Notes: generated by a model not told the origin, from the letters alone. A DNA stretch of 64,000 nt from an uncultured Candidatus Bathyarchaeia archaeon (GCA_964355725.1 CAYHEV010000002.1:3189-67188), one strand, 5' to 3'; counted from the first letter of the stretch, positions 10,177-20,547 are shown. Numbers and translations are program-made.

Positions 10177-11526
10177 GTGGATGATAGTGTGATGCGAGAA
10201 GTGCTTGTAATGTTGAGTCCTCGAGTTGAATATGATCATGTGTTTGATTTGCTTCAACAGCATCATAAGTGGTTCCAAGAAAGTATCCCGCTAATAGCTA
10301 GTGAAAACGTTCCAAGTCCAGCGGTACGCGAAGCCATAATAACAGATTTTGGGAACCGTTACGCTGAAGGATGGCCTGGAGAGCGCGTCTATGCAGGCTG
10401 TAAGTTTATTGACCAAGTAGAGTTCAAATGTATTGAATTTATGAAGAAATTGTTCAACACAGAATTCGTCGATGTCAGACCTATTTCAGGTGTTGTAGCA
10501 AACCTTGCCGTTTACACAGCCTTCACCGAACCTGGCGACACTTTAATGGCGTTGTCAATTCCATGTGGAGGGCATATAACATCTGGCAAGAAGGAACTCG
10601 GTGGCACAGCAGGCGCTGTCAAAGGTCTAATCGTTGAATACTTACCCTTGGACTATAAGGAACTGAACATTGATGTTGATAAAGCGAAAGTCAAGATGCA
10701 AGAACTTGCCGCAAAAGACAAGCCGCCGAAATTTATTATGTTCGGCGCAAGTGTTTTTCCTTTTCCACATCCAGTTAAAGAATTAGTTGAGACCGCTCAT
10801 TCGGTTGGGGCAATCGCAGGATACGATGCGGCACATGTGGCTGGGTTGATTGCTGGAGGACAATTCCAAGATCCACTCAGGGAAGGAGCAGATGTCGTAA
10901 GCTTAAGCACACACAAAACGTTCTTTGGGCCTCAACATGGCGGGATATTGTCGTGGGAGAAGAATGCTGAAAGAATAAAAAAGGCGACTTTTCCTGGAAT
11001 GGTGAGTAACCATCATTTGCATTCGGTTGCAGGTCTTACAATCGCATGTACGGAAATGCTTGAGTTCGGAAAGGAATACGCAAGTCAAGTAGTGAAGAAT
11101 GCCAAGGCCCTGGCTCAAGCCCTATATGAGAGAGGATTCAACGTTCTAGCCGAACATAAGGGTTTCACGCAGTCTCACGTAATTCTGATAGACATAACAA
11201 AACATGGTGACGGCGGCACTATTGAGGAAACATTGGAAAGGGCTAACATAATCATTAACAGAAACTTACTGCCGTGGGATATCAAAGAAGGAAGACACTT
11301 TATGCATCCCGGCGGCATAAGGATGGGTGTTTCAGAAGTTACGAGAATGGGAATGAAAGAACCTGAAATGACTGAAATAGCAGAATTTGTCAAGCATGTG
11401 ATAATAGACAAAAAACCCTTAGAAGAAACAAGATCAGATGTAGCAGAGTTCAGAAAAGACTACCAGAAAGTGCATTACTGCTTCGAAAATGCAACAGAAG
11501 CTTACAAGTACATAAGGATTCGTTAA
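10177..11526 (+). CDS. glyA: Serine hydroxymethyltransferase
   Basis: 449 aa. SLSTHKTFFGPQHGG PLP-lysine motif and ASENV motif. Confidence 0.9.
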   Translation: MDDSVMREVLVMLSPRVEYDHVFDLLQQHHKWFQESIPLIASENVPSPAVREAIITDFGNRYAEGWPGERVYAGCKFIDQVEFKCIEFMKKLFNTEFVDVRPISGVVANLAVYTAFTEPGDTLMALSIPCGGHITSGKKELGGTAGAVKGLIVEYLPLDYKELNIDVDKAKVKMQELAAKDKPPKFIMFGASVFPFPHPVKELVETAHSVGAIAGYDAAHVAGLIAGGQFQDPLREGADVVSLSTHKTFFGPQHGGILSWEKNAERIKKATFPGMVSNHHLHSVAGLTIACTEMLEFGKEYASQVVKNAKALAQALYERGFNVLAEHKGFTQSHVILIDITKHGDGGTIEETLERANIIINRNLLPWDIKEGRHFMHPGGIRMGVSEVTRMGMKEPEMTEIAEFVKHVIIDKKPLEETRSDVAEFRKDYQKVHYCFENATEAYKYIRIR

Positions 11527-11545
11527 TCCTAACTTTCTCATTTAG

Positions 11546-12046
11546 TTAGGAGCCAAATTCGTATTCATGAAACTCAAGCTTTGGTTTCCATGCATCGTTA
11601 AAAAAGTCAGTGAATAGTTCCGCATGTCTAAGGTTTCCAAACCTAATCGTATGTAAGAACTGTGCAGTCTGTGCGATCCTTGCAGCTGGTGCTACACTAA
11701 GAAACTCACTCCCATATTGCGTGCTTCAGAAACAACAGTTTCAACCAATTGTTTCCCTTTTCCCCGGCAGCGATACACTCTGCTGACTACTAGGGACTCT
11801 GTTTTAGCTTGTCTTCGTCAACGATCAGTCAGACGAATCCAACAAATCTGGAACCATTCACAGCAACCCAGATTTTCTCAGGTCGAATCCTAGCCAAATG
11901 CTTGTCAAAGCAATCCTCTGGATGTTTCTGCCAATCGTTGGATCTGGATAGATTCCGCGGTGCCACCCGGTCAGCTCCATTCATAAAGAACGGGAATCCT
12001 CCCTGTTATCGTCCTAGCGCTTTCTAATGGCGAAGACCACTGTCAT
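11546..12046 (-). pseudogene. Decayed GNAT acetyltransferase gene
   Basis: Hand translation of the minus strand gives GNAT-like segments split across frames: MTVVFAIRKR*DDNREDSRSL*..., IWVAVNGSRFVGFV*LIVDEDKL, YRCRGKGKQLVETVVSEARNMGVSFLV*, and LSVAPAARIAQTAQFLHTIRFGNL...EFGS*. There are several in-frame stops and at least 3 frame changes. The total span of 501 nt equals the expected GNAT size. Confidence 0.55.
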
Positions 12047-12126
12047 TCATCCCACCTGTAATATGGGTTTAGACGCCCAGCATCTTATATTGCTGATTAT
12101 TTAAACAATAGGCGTGAGGTGAAAGC

Positions 12127-12414
12127 ATGCATATCCGCGAGTTTCAGGAAATGATGCAACGCTTATATTTTCATAGGGATTCTGAACGTGACATAGCCGG
12201 AACATACAATTGGCTTGTGGAGGAAGTTAAAGAGTTGGGCGAGGCATTAAACGTGGATGATAAAGAAGCATTGGAAAAGGAGTTTGCCGATGTAATCGCA
12301 TGGATAGCCTCACTTGCAAATGTGACCAACACAGATCTCGAAAAGGCGGCACTTAACAAGTACGATAATAGATGCCCAAAATGCAGGCATTCTCCCTGCG
12401 AGTGTTCCTTCTAG
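12127..12414 (+). CDS. MazG-like nucleotide pyrophosphohydrolase (small single-domain type)
   Basis: 95 aa. EEVKELGEAL ... EKEFADVIAWIASLAN motifs. Perfect SD GAGGTGA upstream. Confidence 0.7.
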   Translation: MHIREFQEMMQRLYFHRDSERDIAGTYNWLVEEVKELGEALNVDDKEALEKEFADVIAWIASLANVTNTDLEKAALNKYDNRCPKCRHSPCECSF

Positions 12415-12683
12415 CCAGAGTTTACCAAACGTTTCTGCCCTAACCCGGTAACTACCCAAACATGAGGCTTGCTGCCTTTTCTCTCAACTATCTCCTCTGC
12501 CCTCAAAAGTTTTAGATGATGCATAACAACTCCGCAAGACATCTCAGATTCTTTGGCAACACTCTTAACGTCGCCGGATCGTTTCTCCAATACCGCCAAT
12601 ATTCTGGTCCGAGCTTGGAGACCGCGTCCAACATTTCTTATATTTGACAGATAAGCGTTAGGATGATAGATTCCTTTAACCAT
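12411..12683 (-). CDS. ArsR-family winged-helix transcriptional regulator
   Basis: 90 aa. RILAVLEKRSGDVKSVAKESEMSCGVVMHHLKLLRAEEIV is an ArsR-type HTH. Confidence 0.7.
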   Translation of the reverse strand: MVKGIYHPNAYLSNIRNVGRGLQARTRILAVLEKRSGDVKSVAKESEMSCGVVMHHLKLLRAEEIVERKGSKPHVWVVTGLGQKRLVNSG

Positions 12684-12727
12684 GTTACTCTAAAGCTACT
12701 TATGGCGGTTTATATAGAAAAGTTTTG

Positions 12728-15700
12728 TCAGGCAAAGTCCATGAGACTTACCTGTTTTGGTTTCTTGCTGTCAAATAAGGCGGTAATCTCTTCTTTCACA
12801 AGAGAAATCCTTTGTGAATAATACTTGGGCAACGCATATTTCTCAACCAAGCTTTGCGCTACCTCCAGATATTTCTCGATGCCTCCGCGGTAAACAGTTA
12901 AGGTCAAGGCTCCACCACAGGACGGACATCTACCGCGAAGAGGTAGACGGCGGAAGCGTCTGTTGCATGATTTGCATCTGAAACCCTGAGTTGAGAATGC
13001 TCTCAAGTTACCCGCAATATCGCGCATAAAGTGTTTGGCTAAGACTTTCAAAGCCACTTTTCTTGCATCTACAGCCTCAATTTTCTCAGCTAATGCAAGT
13101 TGACCGTCCAATTTTTCAATCATGGTCTTGAGCCGTTTGTATGCACTTTTAGGATTCCCGATATTAACGTCTGAGACAGGTGTTGTATAATGGAATCCTT
13201 CAAACTGCGCTTCCGTGCCAAGTCGACATCCCACAAGGTCTATGATGGAGCTAACCTGTTTTGCTTCAATTTTCTCCAATGTTTTCTCGTAGAACTCAAG
13301 CGGATAGTTGGCAGCAACATCAAAATCATGCGCTTGCCTCTGCACCTCCTTAGTGTTCACTACGGAAATCAGAAGCAATGGAGCATCCATTATTCCGCCT
13401 ATTTGTGCAGGCAAGTATTCACGGGAAAAGTTTAGCAAAGTATCCAACGCAAGCATCAACGTGTCCTCGTCGCCATCGCAGTCTCTTCGCTTGGCTGAAT
13501 GCCAAATTGGATGAGCATAACAAACGTTTAGCTTTGTGAAACCTACAATGCGGCCCAAAATGCCTACACATGTGTGGGGAGCTAAACCGACAACCAAATG
13601 CCCGACAAGATCCTCGAAAAGTTTGACATCATAATACGGTGGAACCCCGTAGACCTTTGCCAGCAGCTCGTCTGTAAAGTTTGCGACATGTAGGAAGTAT
13701 TCTGCGCTTTCTACAGGGATGACAACATCTTGGATCCTGAGCTCGCAAACTTGGCTTGCGTCAGTCAAGGGTGCGCCATAGATGTCACAAATATAGCCTA
13801 GTTGTTTGAGCTTTTCGATGGAAATTCCTATTTCAGCAGGTTTGAAATGCGTTAAAGGTGCGTTTGTAGCGTCGAAGCGAATGGTTCCATCTTTGTACAC
13901 TGATAAATCATATTTTGCACGCAGAACGCCCTTCTCCAGAATTTCAGGAGTCTTAGTCTCATTTGTTAAACCTTTAACGCCTTTCAATGCTTTGGGAATG
14001 GAAACGCCCAATTTGTTGCATATACTCTCGAGGGATTCCTTAAAGTTAACAATCTGTTTTTGATATTGTTTAGCTGGTACCTTGCAGACAGGGCATTCAG
14101 TTTCCTTCAAGCTCTTTCCACATCTGGGGCAGCTTTTCTCAAGAACGGTTTCGCAACCACAAGCAGGGCACTTGACCCTAGTAGTGAAGGTCTTACAATT
14201 GGGACATTTGCGTTTAACAACTTCCACAAATGTTGGTTCCTTCCTTGCAGCATCAACAATATCTCTGTGGGATCCCCCCGCCAACCCCACTGGGAAAAGA
14301 ACGTGGACAAGCGGTTTCATCTCACGCCTCTTTGCCTTTTCAGGTCTTCCCATCCGCGCACCAACAAAAGTTGGAGTTTTATCTCTAATCTGTATACTCG
14401 CCAGCAACCCAATTGCATCTAAAATTGATTTGGCTGAAGCGAAATCCATGTCACAAGAATCACCGTGATTCAGGCAAAACGCAAGCGCACCTGCATCTTC
14501 ATCTTCGATGAAAATTTTGCCGTCCGAAACCCTGTGTGGCAAACATATCAATTCCAAAGCGTGTTTGACCTTCGCATCAATTTCCCCAACAATTTTACAC
14601 ACAAAGTTGTCTTCGGTCTGTATTTTGGAGTTTTGAAGCCACTGTTTCATCAGTTTGAGTTCTTCGATCGAAGAGAGATTTGACCAGAAATACGTGAAAG
14701 CAGGATGTAAAGGCACACGCAACAGCGTTGAAATAGCCATAGCTTCCTTGACGCTGGGTTTGTTGTTGAAAGGATCTTCTAAGAAATTCTTCAGTCTTTC
14801 CTCCGGAATCTTGACTGTGTCTGCAGCATTCTGAAGGCTTCCGCTGAAGTTGTCAATAATAGTTCTTTGCAGATCTTGAGCCCACCATTCTTCAACATAG
14901 CCTGAAGGCACCAAGATTTTGCTATTGTACAAAAAGTCCCCAAAACTGATCAAAATGTCTCCTAAAAACAAGATTTTCTCAACCCTGCTCTTTATCAATT
15001 CGAAATTCGCAGTTGTGGCTTTGATAACCGAGCCATCATTTAGGCAAACTATTGGTGGTTCTAGGAAATCAACCGGAACTGAGATTCCGCCCTTTCCTGG
15101 AAGTTCCAAGCGCATCTGGGTTCCACCAGCCAAGAATCCTTGAAGCACAAGCATCGTTACAGGATGAATACCAACTGCAGATAAACCGGTATTCCGTGCT
15201 CTGCCGTATCGTAAGCGAAATCCCCCACGTCTAGATGGAAAGGAAAATACGGGGCGCCCAGCGATGACATCGTCCATAAATCCTGCCGATTTATTCTCTG
15301 ATTTTTTACGAAACTCCTTAAGCCAATCCCAACCTTGAAAACCAAGTTTTTCGATTATTGTTGAAACTTTCAAAGCTCGCCCAACGATACCGTCATTCAT
15401 AACTCTGAGGGCTCCGCCTCTCACACGGTTAGTCTCTATGCGGGCAAGGTTGCGAAAAGAAGAAACCTCAACAGGATCAGACTCTGTACCAGTCACTTCC
15501 ACAGGAACCCACTGAAGCGCCTTTCTCAACTCTTCATCAGGAATGTGATATTGGAAACGAGTCACGGAACGTTCGTAAATTCTCAATTCCTCAATAAATC
15601 GTGAAATCTCTTCTTCAGTAGGCTTGTAACGATCAAGTCCAAGGAGCCGCCGCACGAAATCCCCTACGACCAATGTTAAAGCCTGATCCGTTCCACCTGC

Positions 15701-16144
15701 AGACCGTATGGGACCCGCAAAGTAGATAGCAAGATAGCGCGTTCTGTCGACGTTTGTTTTGATTTTGGCTTGAGCCACGCCTTGTATGGGAGCAGCCGTC
15801 AATCCTTCGGTGAATATGGCAAGGGCTGTTCGTATAGCCTGTTCAGCAGCAATTTCAGGTTCCATATGCCCAAATTTGCCGTAAACGATCTCTTCCGTAA
15901 CTTTGAAGGCCAGTTCTTCTCTTGGAAGCCTTAAGCTCAGTTCTCTGATGCTTGCAGCAACACCTTTTGGTCCTACAAGTCCTTCCACGAGATCAGCTAA
16001 GTCCTTGGCGATTATGCATTCTGTCTTCAACGATGGATCAAATCCCTTTACTCTAGCCCTTTCGCTGATAGCGTATAGTCGTTCAAGATCTTTTTCCAGA
16101 CTCTCAGCGTATTGTCTATATGCTTCGCTCATGTAACTGCTCAA
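12728..16144 (-). CDS. polC: DNA polymerase II (PolD) large subunit DP2
   Basis: 1138 aa. Central Cys4 zinc-finger cluster (CPNC..CPAC..CPRC..CPVC) and C-terminal CKSC...CPSCGG, with DP2 length and N-terminus. No intein-sized insertion. Confidence 0.95.
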   Translation of the reverse strand: MSSYMSEAYRQYAESLEKDLERLYAISERARVKGFDPSLKTECIIAKDLADLVEGLVGPKGVAASIRELSLRLPREELAFKVTEEIVYGKFGHMEPEIAAEQAIRTALAIFTEGLTAAPIQGVAQAKIKTNVDRTRYLAIYFAGPIRSAGGTDQALTLVVGDFVRRLLGLDRYKPTEEEISRFIEELRIYERSVTRFQYHIPDEELRKALQWVPVEVTGTESDPVEVSSFRNLARIETNRVRGGALRVMNDGIVGRALKVSTIIEKLGFQGWDWLKEFRKKSENKSAGFMDDVIAGRPVFSFPSRRGGFRLRYGRARNTGLSAVGIHPVTMLVLQGFLAGGTQMRLELPGKGGISVPVDFLEPPIVCLNDGSVIKATTANFELIKSRVEKILFLGDILISFGDFLYNSKILVPSGYVEEWWAQDLQRTIIDNFSGSLQNAADTVKIPEERLKNFLEDPFNNKPSVKEAMAISTLLRVPLHPAFTYFWSNLSSIEELKLMKQWLQNSKIQTEDNFVCKIVGEIDAKVKHALELICLPHRVSDGKIFIEDEDAGALAFCLNHGDSCDMDFASAKSILDAIGLLASIQIRDKTPTFVGARMGRPEKAKRREMKPLVHVLFPVGLAGGSHRDIVDAARKEPTFVEVVKRKCPNCKTFTTRVKCPACGCETVLEKSCPRCGKSLKETECPVCKVPAKQYQKQIVNFKESLESICNKLGVSIPKALKGVKGLTNETKTPEILEKGVLRAKYDLSVYKDGTIRFDATNAPLTHFKPAEIGISIEKLKQLGYICDIYGAPLTDASQVCELRIQDVVIPVESAEYFLHVANFTDELLAKVYGVPPYYDVKLFEDLVGHLVVGLAPHTCVGILGRIVGFTKLNVCYAHPIWHSAKRRDCDGDEDTLMLALDTLLNFSREYLPAQIGGIMDAPLLLISVVNTKEVQRQAHDFDVAANYPLEFYEKTLEKIEAKQVSSIIDLVGCRLGTEAQFEGFHYTTPVSDVNIGNPKSAYKRLKTMIEKLDGQLALAEKIEAVDARKVALKVLAKHFMRDIAGNLRAFSTQGFRCKSCNRRFRRLPLRGRCPSCGGALTLTVYRGGIEKYLEVAQSLVEKYALPKYYSQRISLVKEEITALFDSKKPKQVSLMDFA

Positions 16145-16285
16145 GGTTGTCCCTTCTCAAACTCTTGTGCTTAAACCGCTTTATTTCTGTTCTGTGACAT
16201 GAAGGACTCAAAAAGGGTTGTTACTAGAATTGCCATTCAATATCATTTAACACTTGAATTATGCTTTCCTTTTGTGAGAAACGCT

Positions 16286-17038
16286 CTACACTTTGCCGCG
16301 TCGTATGCCCTCAATAATTTCAGAAACTCGTCGCTTGACCCCAGTGTTTTCGACGAGATTACCTGTAACGATTATGTTTGCGCCCGCAGATGCAGCGGCC
16401 AAGGCTTGTTCTCTAGATCTTATGCCGCCTCCGACGATTAGAGGAACTTCGGTATAATGTTTGACGGCCCGAATCATTTCAGGCGGAACAGGATTTTTGG
16501 CTCCTGATCCGCCTTCCAGGTAGATGAAACGCATACCCAAGTATTGCCCTGCCAGCGCATGCGCGGCAGCAAGTTCAGGTTTGTTATAGGGAACGGGAAT
16601 TGCTTTACCAACTACCCCTGCGGTTCCGCCTTCGCCGACAATTATATATCCAAGGGGAATTGGCTCCAAACCATACTTCTTGACTAGTGGAGCCCCCAAT
16701 ATTTGAACTCCAATCAAGAAGTATGGATCAACAGAATTCAGCAGCGACATAAACCATATAGCGTCAGCATAGCGGCTTATGCCACTCACGTTGTTTGGGA
16801 AGAGAATTATTGGTATGTCTACAGTGCGTTTGACCGCCTTAACAACATAGTCGAGATGAACGGCAGAAACAAATGTTGAACCGCCAATCATTATAGCGGA
16901 AGTTTCACTCATTTTAGCCCTGCTCGCGATCCTAGAAGCTTGAGGGGGCGTTACTTTTTCAGGATCCACTAAAGTTATGTGGATAGAACCTTCAGACCTA
17001 ATCCTCTCAAGGAGATAGTTCTCAACATTTCCTAACAT
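16286..17038 (-). CDS. Geranylgeranylglyceryl phosphate synthase (PcrB/GGGPS family)
   Basis: 250 aa. IMIGGS, FIYLEGGSGA and PLIVGGGIRS motifs. Confidence 0.85.
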   Translation of the reverse strand: MLGNVENYLLERIRSEGSIHITLVDPEKVTPPQASRIASRAKMSETSAIMIGGSTFVSAVHLDYVVKAVKRTVDIPIILFPNNVSGISRYADAIWFMSLLNSVDPYFLIGVQILGAPLVKKYGLEPIPLGYIIVGEGGTAGVVGKAIPVPYNKPELAAAHALAGQYLGMRFIYLEGGSGAKNPVPPEMIRAVKHYTEVPLIVGGGIRSREQALAAASAGANIIVTGNLVENTGVKRRVSEIIEGIRRGKV

Positions 17039-17052
17039 AGAAACCTACCCAA

Positions 17053-17319
17053 TCACAAACCCTCAATCTTTGGTGTAGAGGCTTTCCTAGAACCTCCATA
17101 TGTTTTGTCGGTAAACATACAGTAGACATCAATTTCGCCTTGGGCAGGTTTAATTGGAAATTCCTCTTTCAAATTGCAGCTACCGCAACCCACGATGGCG
17201 CGGTCTTCTTCACGAAGGATTTCAACCCTAACTGTCTCTTTACCGCATTTAGGGCAAGCGAAGAGTTTGGGCAAACGTTTCTTAGGAATACGGACAACTT
17301 TCCTCCTTCTCCGCCCCAT
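17053..17319 (-). CDS. Transcription elongation factor Elf1-like zinc-ribbon protein
   Basis: 88 aa. [26 protein letters not shown]...CGSCNL...EIDVYCMF gives a basic N-terminus, a C4 ribbon and the IDVY motif. Confidence 0.7.
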   Translation of the reverse strand: MGRRRRKVVRIPKKRLPKLFACPKCGKETVRVEILREEDRAIVGCGSCNLKEEFPIKPAQGEIDVYCMFTDKTYGGSRKASTPKIEGL

Positions 17320-17507
17320 GTGTGTATCCTTCTATGTCTTAGAGTTTCGTTCTTTCATATTTATGTTTGCCCCTAAAAAGGGTGAGAATAGGGAACGATT
17401 TGGCAACGTTACCCTAACTGTTTCAGGTGAAACATTGCTCAAGTATTCATAACCCTCTGAACAGACCTATAATTTGTCCTTAAATAGTTGCCTACAACCA
17501 TAAAGCA

Positions 17508-18362
17508 TTGAGGCGTGCAAGCTTGAAGCTGATCCCGTCAGTTTTGAATTTGGACTGGACCGAAGTTGAGGCAAGAATAAAACGATTCGTTAAAGATTAC
17601 GTGGAAAGATCTGAGGCAAAAGGCGTTGTTCTGGGGCTATCAGGTGGTATAGACAGCGCCACTACAGCAGCACTCTCAGCCCTAGCTATAGGCGGAAGTG
17701 AAGTCTTAGGGTTAATGCTACCAGAAAGTGAAACCCGGAACGAGAAAGACATCAGACACGCGAAACTTATTGTTGAAAAATTCAATCTAAAATCACAGAT
17801 GTGTGACATCACACCAGTTTTACAAGCATTCTACAAGTCAATGCCAATTTTCGATCTCAGGGAAAGAATTTGTAAAGGCAATGTGAAAGCAAGAACACGC
17901 ATGATCTACATTTACTACTACGCTAATAAGCGCAACTTAATTGTTTGCGGAAGCTCAGACAAATCGGAAACGATGATGGGTTACTTTACAAAATGGGGAG
18001 ACGTTGCAGCCGACATATACCCAATAATGGACTTGTATAAGTCACAGGTCCGAAAACTTGCGCATCATTTGGGTATTCCAAAAGAGATTGTGACTAAGCC
18101 AGCTTCACCCACCTTGTGGCCAGGTCAACTTGCAGAAGATGAACTAGGTATAGACTATGAACAACTTGACCTTGTACTTTATGGTTTAGAACACTTCATG
18201 ACATCTGAGGAAGTCTCAGCTGAGCTAAACGTAAGGAAGGAACTGGTTGGCAGAATAAAACGCAGATGGCTCTCAGCAGAGCATAAAAGGCGAATGTTAC
18301 TAACAGCAAAGCTTGAGTACCGAACAATAGGAGATGACTTCAGACTTCAACGCAATCCCTGA
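17508..18362 (+). CDS. nadE: NAD+ synthetase, single-domain (NH3-type architecture)
   Basis: 284 aa. PP-loop GLSGGIDSA. No fused nitrilase domain. Confidence 0.85.
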   Translation: MRRASLKLIPSVLNLDWTEVEARIKRFVKDYVERSEAKGVVLGLSGGIDSATTAALSALAIGGSEVLGLMLPESETRNEKDIRHAKLIVEKFNLKSQMCDITPVLQAFYKSMPIFDLRERICKGNVKARTRMIYIYYYANKRNLIVCGSSDKSETMMGYFTKWGDVAADIYPIMDLYKSQVRKLAHHLGIPKEIVTKPASPTLWPGQLAEDELGIDYEQLDLVLYGLEHFMTSEEVSAELNVRKELVGRIKRRWLSAEHKRRMLLTAKLEYRTIGDDFRLQRNP

Positions 18363-18387
18363 AGAGAAGAGCAGACGAGGTTAAGAA

Positions 18388-19221
18388 ATGAAAAACAAGT
18401 TCAGAATTGCACTTGCACAGATGAGATGCAGCCAAGGAGACAAAAGAGAGAACCTAAAGAAAATTGAGACAAATGTGGCACTTGCAAAAAAACACAATGC
18501 AGAGCTTGTAATCTTCCCGGAACTATCTTTGACCGGTTATGTTATCAGAGATCAAATCTACGAGCTAGCAGAGAAAATCCCAGGACAATCAACAAAGACC
18601 ATCGAAAAAATTGCCAAAAACGCTGGAATGTACATTGTTTTTGGAATGCCAGAATTGAGCGGAAAGGCACAAGCCACTCTTTACAACACCGCCACTCTCG
18701 TGGGCCCGGAAGGCTTCATCGGCAAGTACCGTAAAATGTATCTTCCAACACACAGTGTTTTTGAGGAGAAAAGATATTTCCGCGCAGGATATCAAACCGC
18801 AGTATTTGACACGAAGCTCGGCAAAATAGGCCTTATCATATGCTACGACATTTTCTTCCCAGAAGTAACCCGCCTAACACGTTTACATGGAGCCCAACTG
18901 ATTATCTGTATTTCCGCTTCACCAGGAGTTCGGCGAACGTTTTTTGAAACACTAACGGCGGCTAGAGCGATAGAGAACACGGCTTTCTTGGCTTATGTAA
19001 ATTTGGTAGGTATAGAAGATGGATTGCAGTTTTGGGGAGGAAGCAGACTTATTGGACCAAATGGAAAGATACTTGTTCAGGCAAAATACGACGAAGAGGA
19101 TTTTGTAGTGGGCGAGGTTAATTACACTGACATAAGACCTGTTGAGACCTTTGTCCCAGTACTAAAGGATTTGAGACCAGAACTGTTTGATAAACTAAAG
19201 GAAAGTGCAGAAGAATTATAG
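18388..19221 (+). CDS. Carbon-nitrogen hydrolase (nitrilase superfamily)
   Basis: 277 aa. E-K-C triad contexts FPELSLTGY, YRKMYLP and LIICYDIFFPE. Starts 25 nt downstream of nadE. Confidence 0.8.
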   Translation: MKNKFRIALAQMRCSQGDKRENLKKIETNVALAKKHNAELVIFPELSLTGYVIRDQIYELAEKIPGQSTKTIEKIAKNAGMYIVFGMPELSGKAQATLYNTATLVGPEGFIGKYRKMYLPTHSVFEEKRYFRAGYQTAVFDTKLGKIGLIICYDIFFPEVTRLTRLHGAQLIICISASPGVRRTFFETLTAARAIENTAFLAYVNLVGIEDGLQFWGGSRLIGPNGKILVQAKYDEEDFVVGEVNYTDIRPVETFVPVLKDLRPELFDKLKESAEEL

Positions 19222-19227
19222 ATAGGT

Positions 19228-20421
19228 CTATCTGAGTCTTGTAACCGCTCTTTCTATACGGTCCAATGCTTCTTCCAACTGCTCATATGCAGCAGCGTAA
19301 GAGATTCGGATATATCCTTCACCGTGACTACCGAACGCCGAACCAGGAACCACAATAACATGAGCTTCTTCGGCAAGAAACTCTGCAAATTTCTCCGAAG
19401 ACAATCCGAAATCCCTAATGTTTGGGAAAGCATAGAAAGCACCTTTAGGAAGTGAGCACCTGAAACCTTCAATTTCATTGAGTCTATCGTAAACAAGACG
19501 CCGTCGCTTGTCGAACTCCGTAAGCATATCATTCACGAAGCTCTGCGGTCCCTTTAACGCGGCAACTGCAATGTATTGTGATAGACTGTTTACGCATGCG
19601 ACAGCATATTGATGCACAAGCCAGAGAGGGGCGATAAGCTCCTTCGGTCCATATACGTAACCGACACGGAGGCCGGTCATGGCATAGGTTTTAGAGAAAG
19701 AGTTGACAGTCAGCGTACGTCCGTGCATTCCGGGAAAGGTTGCAAGACAATAGTGTTTGGCACCGTCGTAGACTATTTTCTCATAGACTTCGTCAGAAAT
19801 CACAATCATGTCACGCTCAACAGCAACTTTCGCAAGAGCAACAACTTCATCGTGGGAAAGAACCGCACCCGTGGGGTTATTTGGATAATTAAGGATAATT
19901 ACACGTGATTTATCTGTGACGAGTGACATCACATCATCAATAGACGGTTTAAACTCATTCCTCTCATACAAAGGGACATATACGGGAACCCCGCCTGCGA
20001 GCAGTACACTAGGTTCATAAAGCACAAATCCAGGATTAGGAATCAACACGTTATCGCCAGGATTGAGTAAGCCCATTAACGCCGCAAAAATTGCTTCAGT
20101 TCCACCGACGGTAATTAAGATCTCAGAATTCAGATCATAACTGAGCCCACAATCATGGTGGATTTTCTGCGCCAACGCCTCACGCAATTGAGAAATGCCA
20201 TTCGTCGGCGCATAATGCGTTTTACCTTCTTTCCCTGCCTTCCAACCAGCGTCTAAAGTGTGCTTTGGAGGAGAAAAATCTGGCTCACCTACGCTTAAAT
20301 TAATAGCATCATGTATTTCCCGGGCTAAAGCAAAAAATCGGCGTATCCCAGAGGGCTTTATAAGTTTAAGGCGATCTGCGGGCTTGAAGCTCGAATCCAA
20401 GTGATCTTCCTCACTAGCCAT
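19228..20421 (-). CDS. Class I/II PLP-dependent aminotransferase (aspartate aminotransferase-like)
   Basis: 397 aa. NSFSKTYAMTGLRVGY lysine motif and NPNNPTG-like YPNNPTGA. Confidence 0.85.
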   Translation of the reverse strand: MASEEDHLDSSFKPADRLKLIKPSGIRRFFALAREIHDAINLSVGEPDFSPPKHTLDAGWKAGKEGKTHYAPTNGISQLREALAQKIHHDCGLSYDLNSEILITVGGTEAIFAALMGLLNPGDNVLIPNPGFVLYEPSVLLAGGVPVYVPLYERNEFKPSIDDVMSLVTDKSRVIILNYPNNPTGAVLSHDEVVALAKVAVERDMIVISDEVYEKIVYDGAKHYCLATFPGMHGRTLTVNSFSKTYAMTGLRVGYVYGPKELIAPLWLVHQYAVACVNSLSQYIAVAALKGPQSFVNDMLTEFDKRRRLVYDRLNEIEGFRCSLPKGAFYAFPNIRDFGLSSEKFAEFLAEEAHVIVVPGSAFGSHGEGYIRISYAAAYEQLEEALDRIERAVTRLR

Positions 20422-20547
20422 TGTCTACTTCAGCATAAAATCCTTGTGTTTACAAATCAGAGATGACTCATAAGATCGCGATAGTTTTAAAAGCCTAGCC
20501 CGTCTACAAAACTGTATCCATTCCAAAGTACCTGAGAGGAGAGCATT

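Noticed and set aside
11809-12027. 72-aa plus-strand ORF in the glyA-mazG gap.
   Set aside because: It lies antisense to the GNAT pseudogene remnants. It has odd composition and no SD, so the pseudogene explains the region better.
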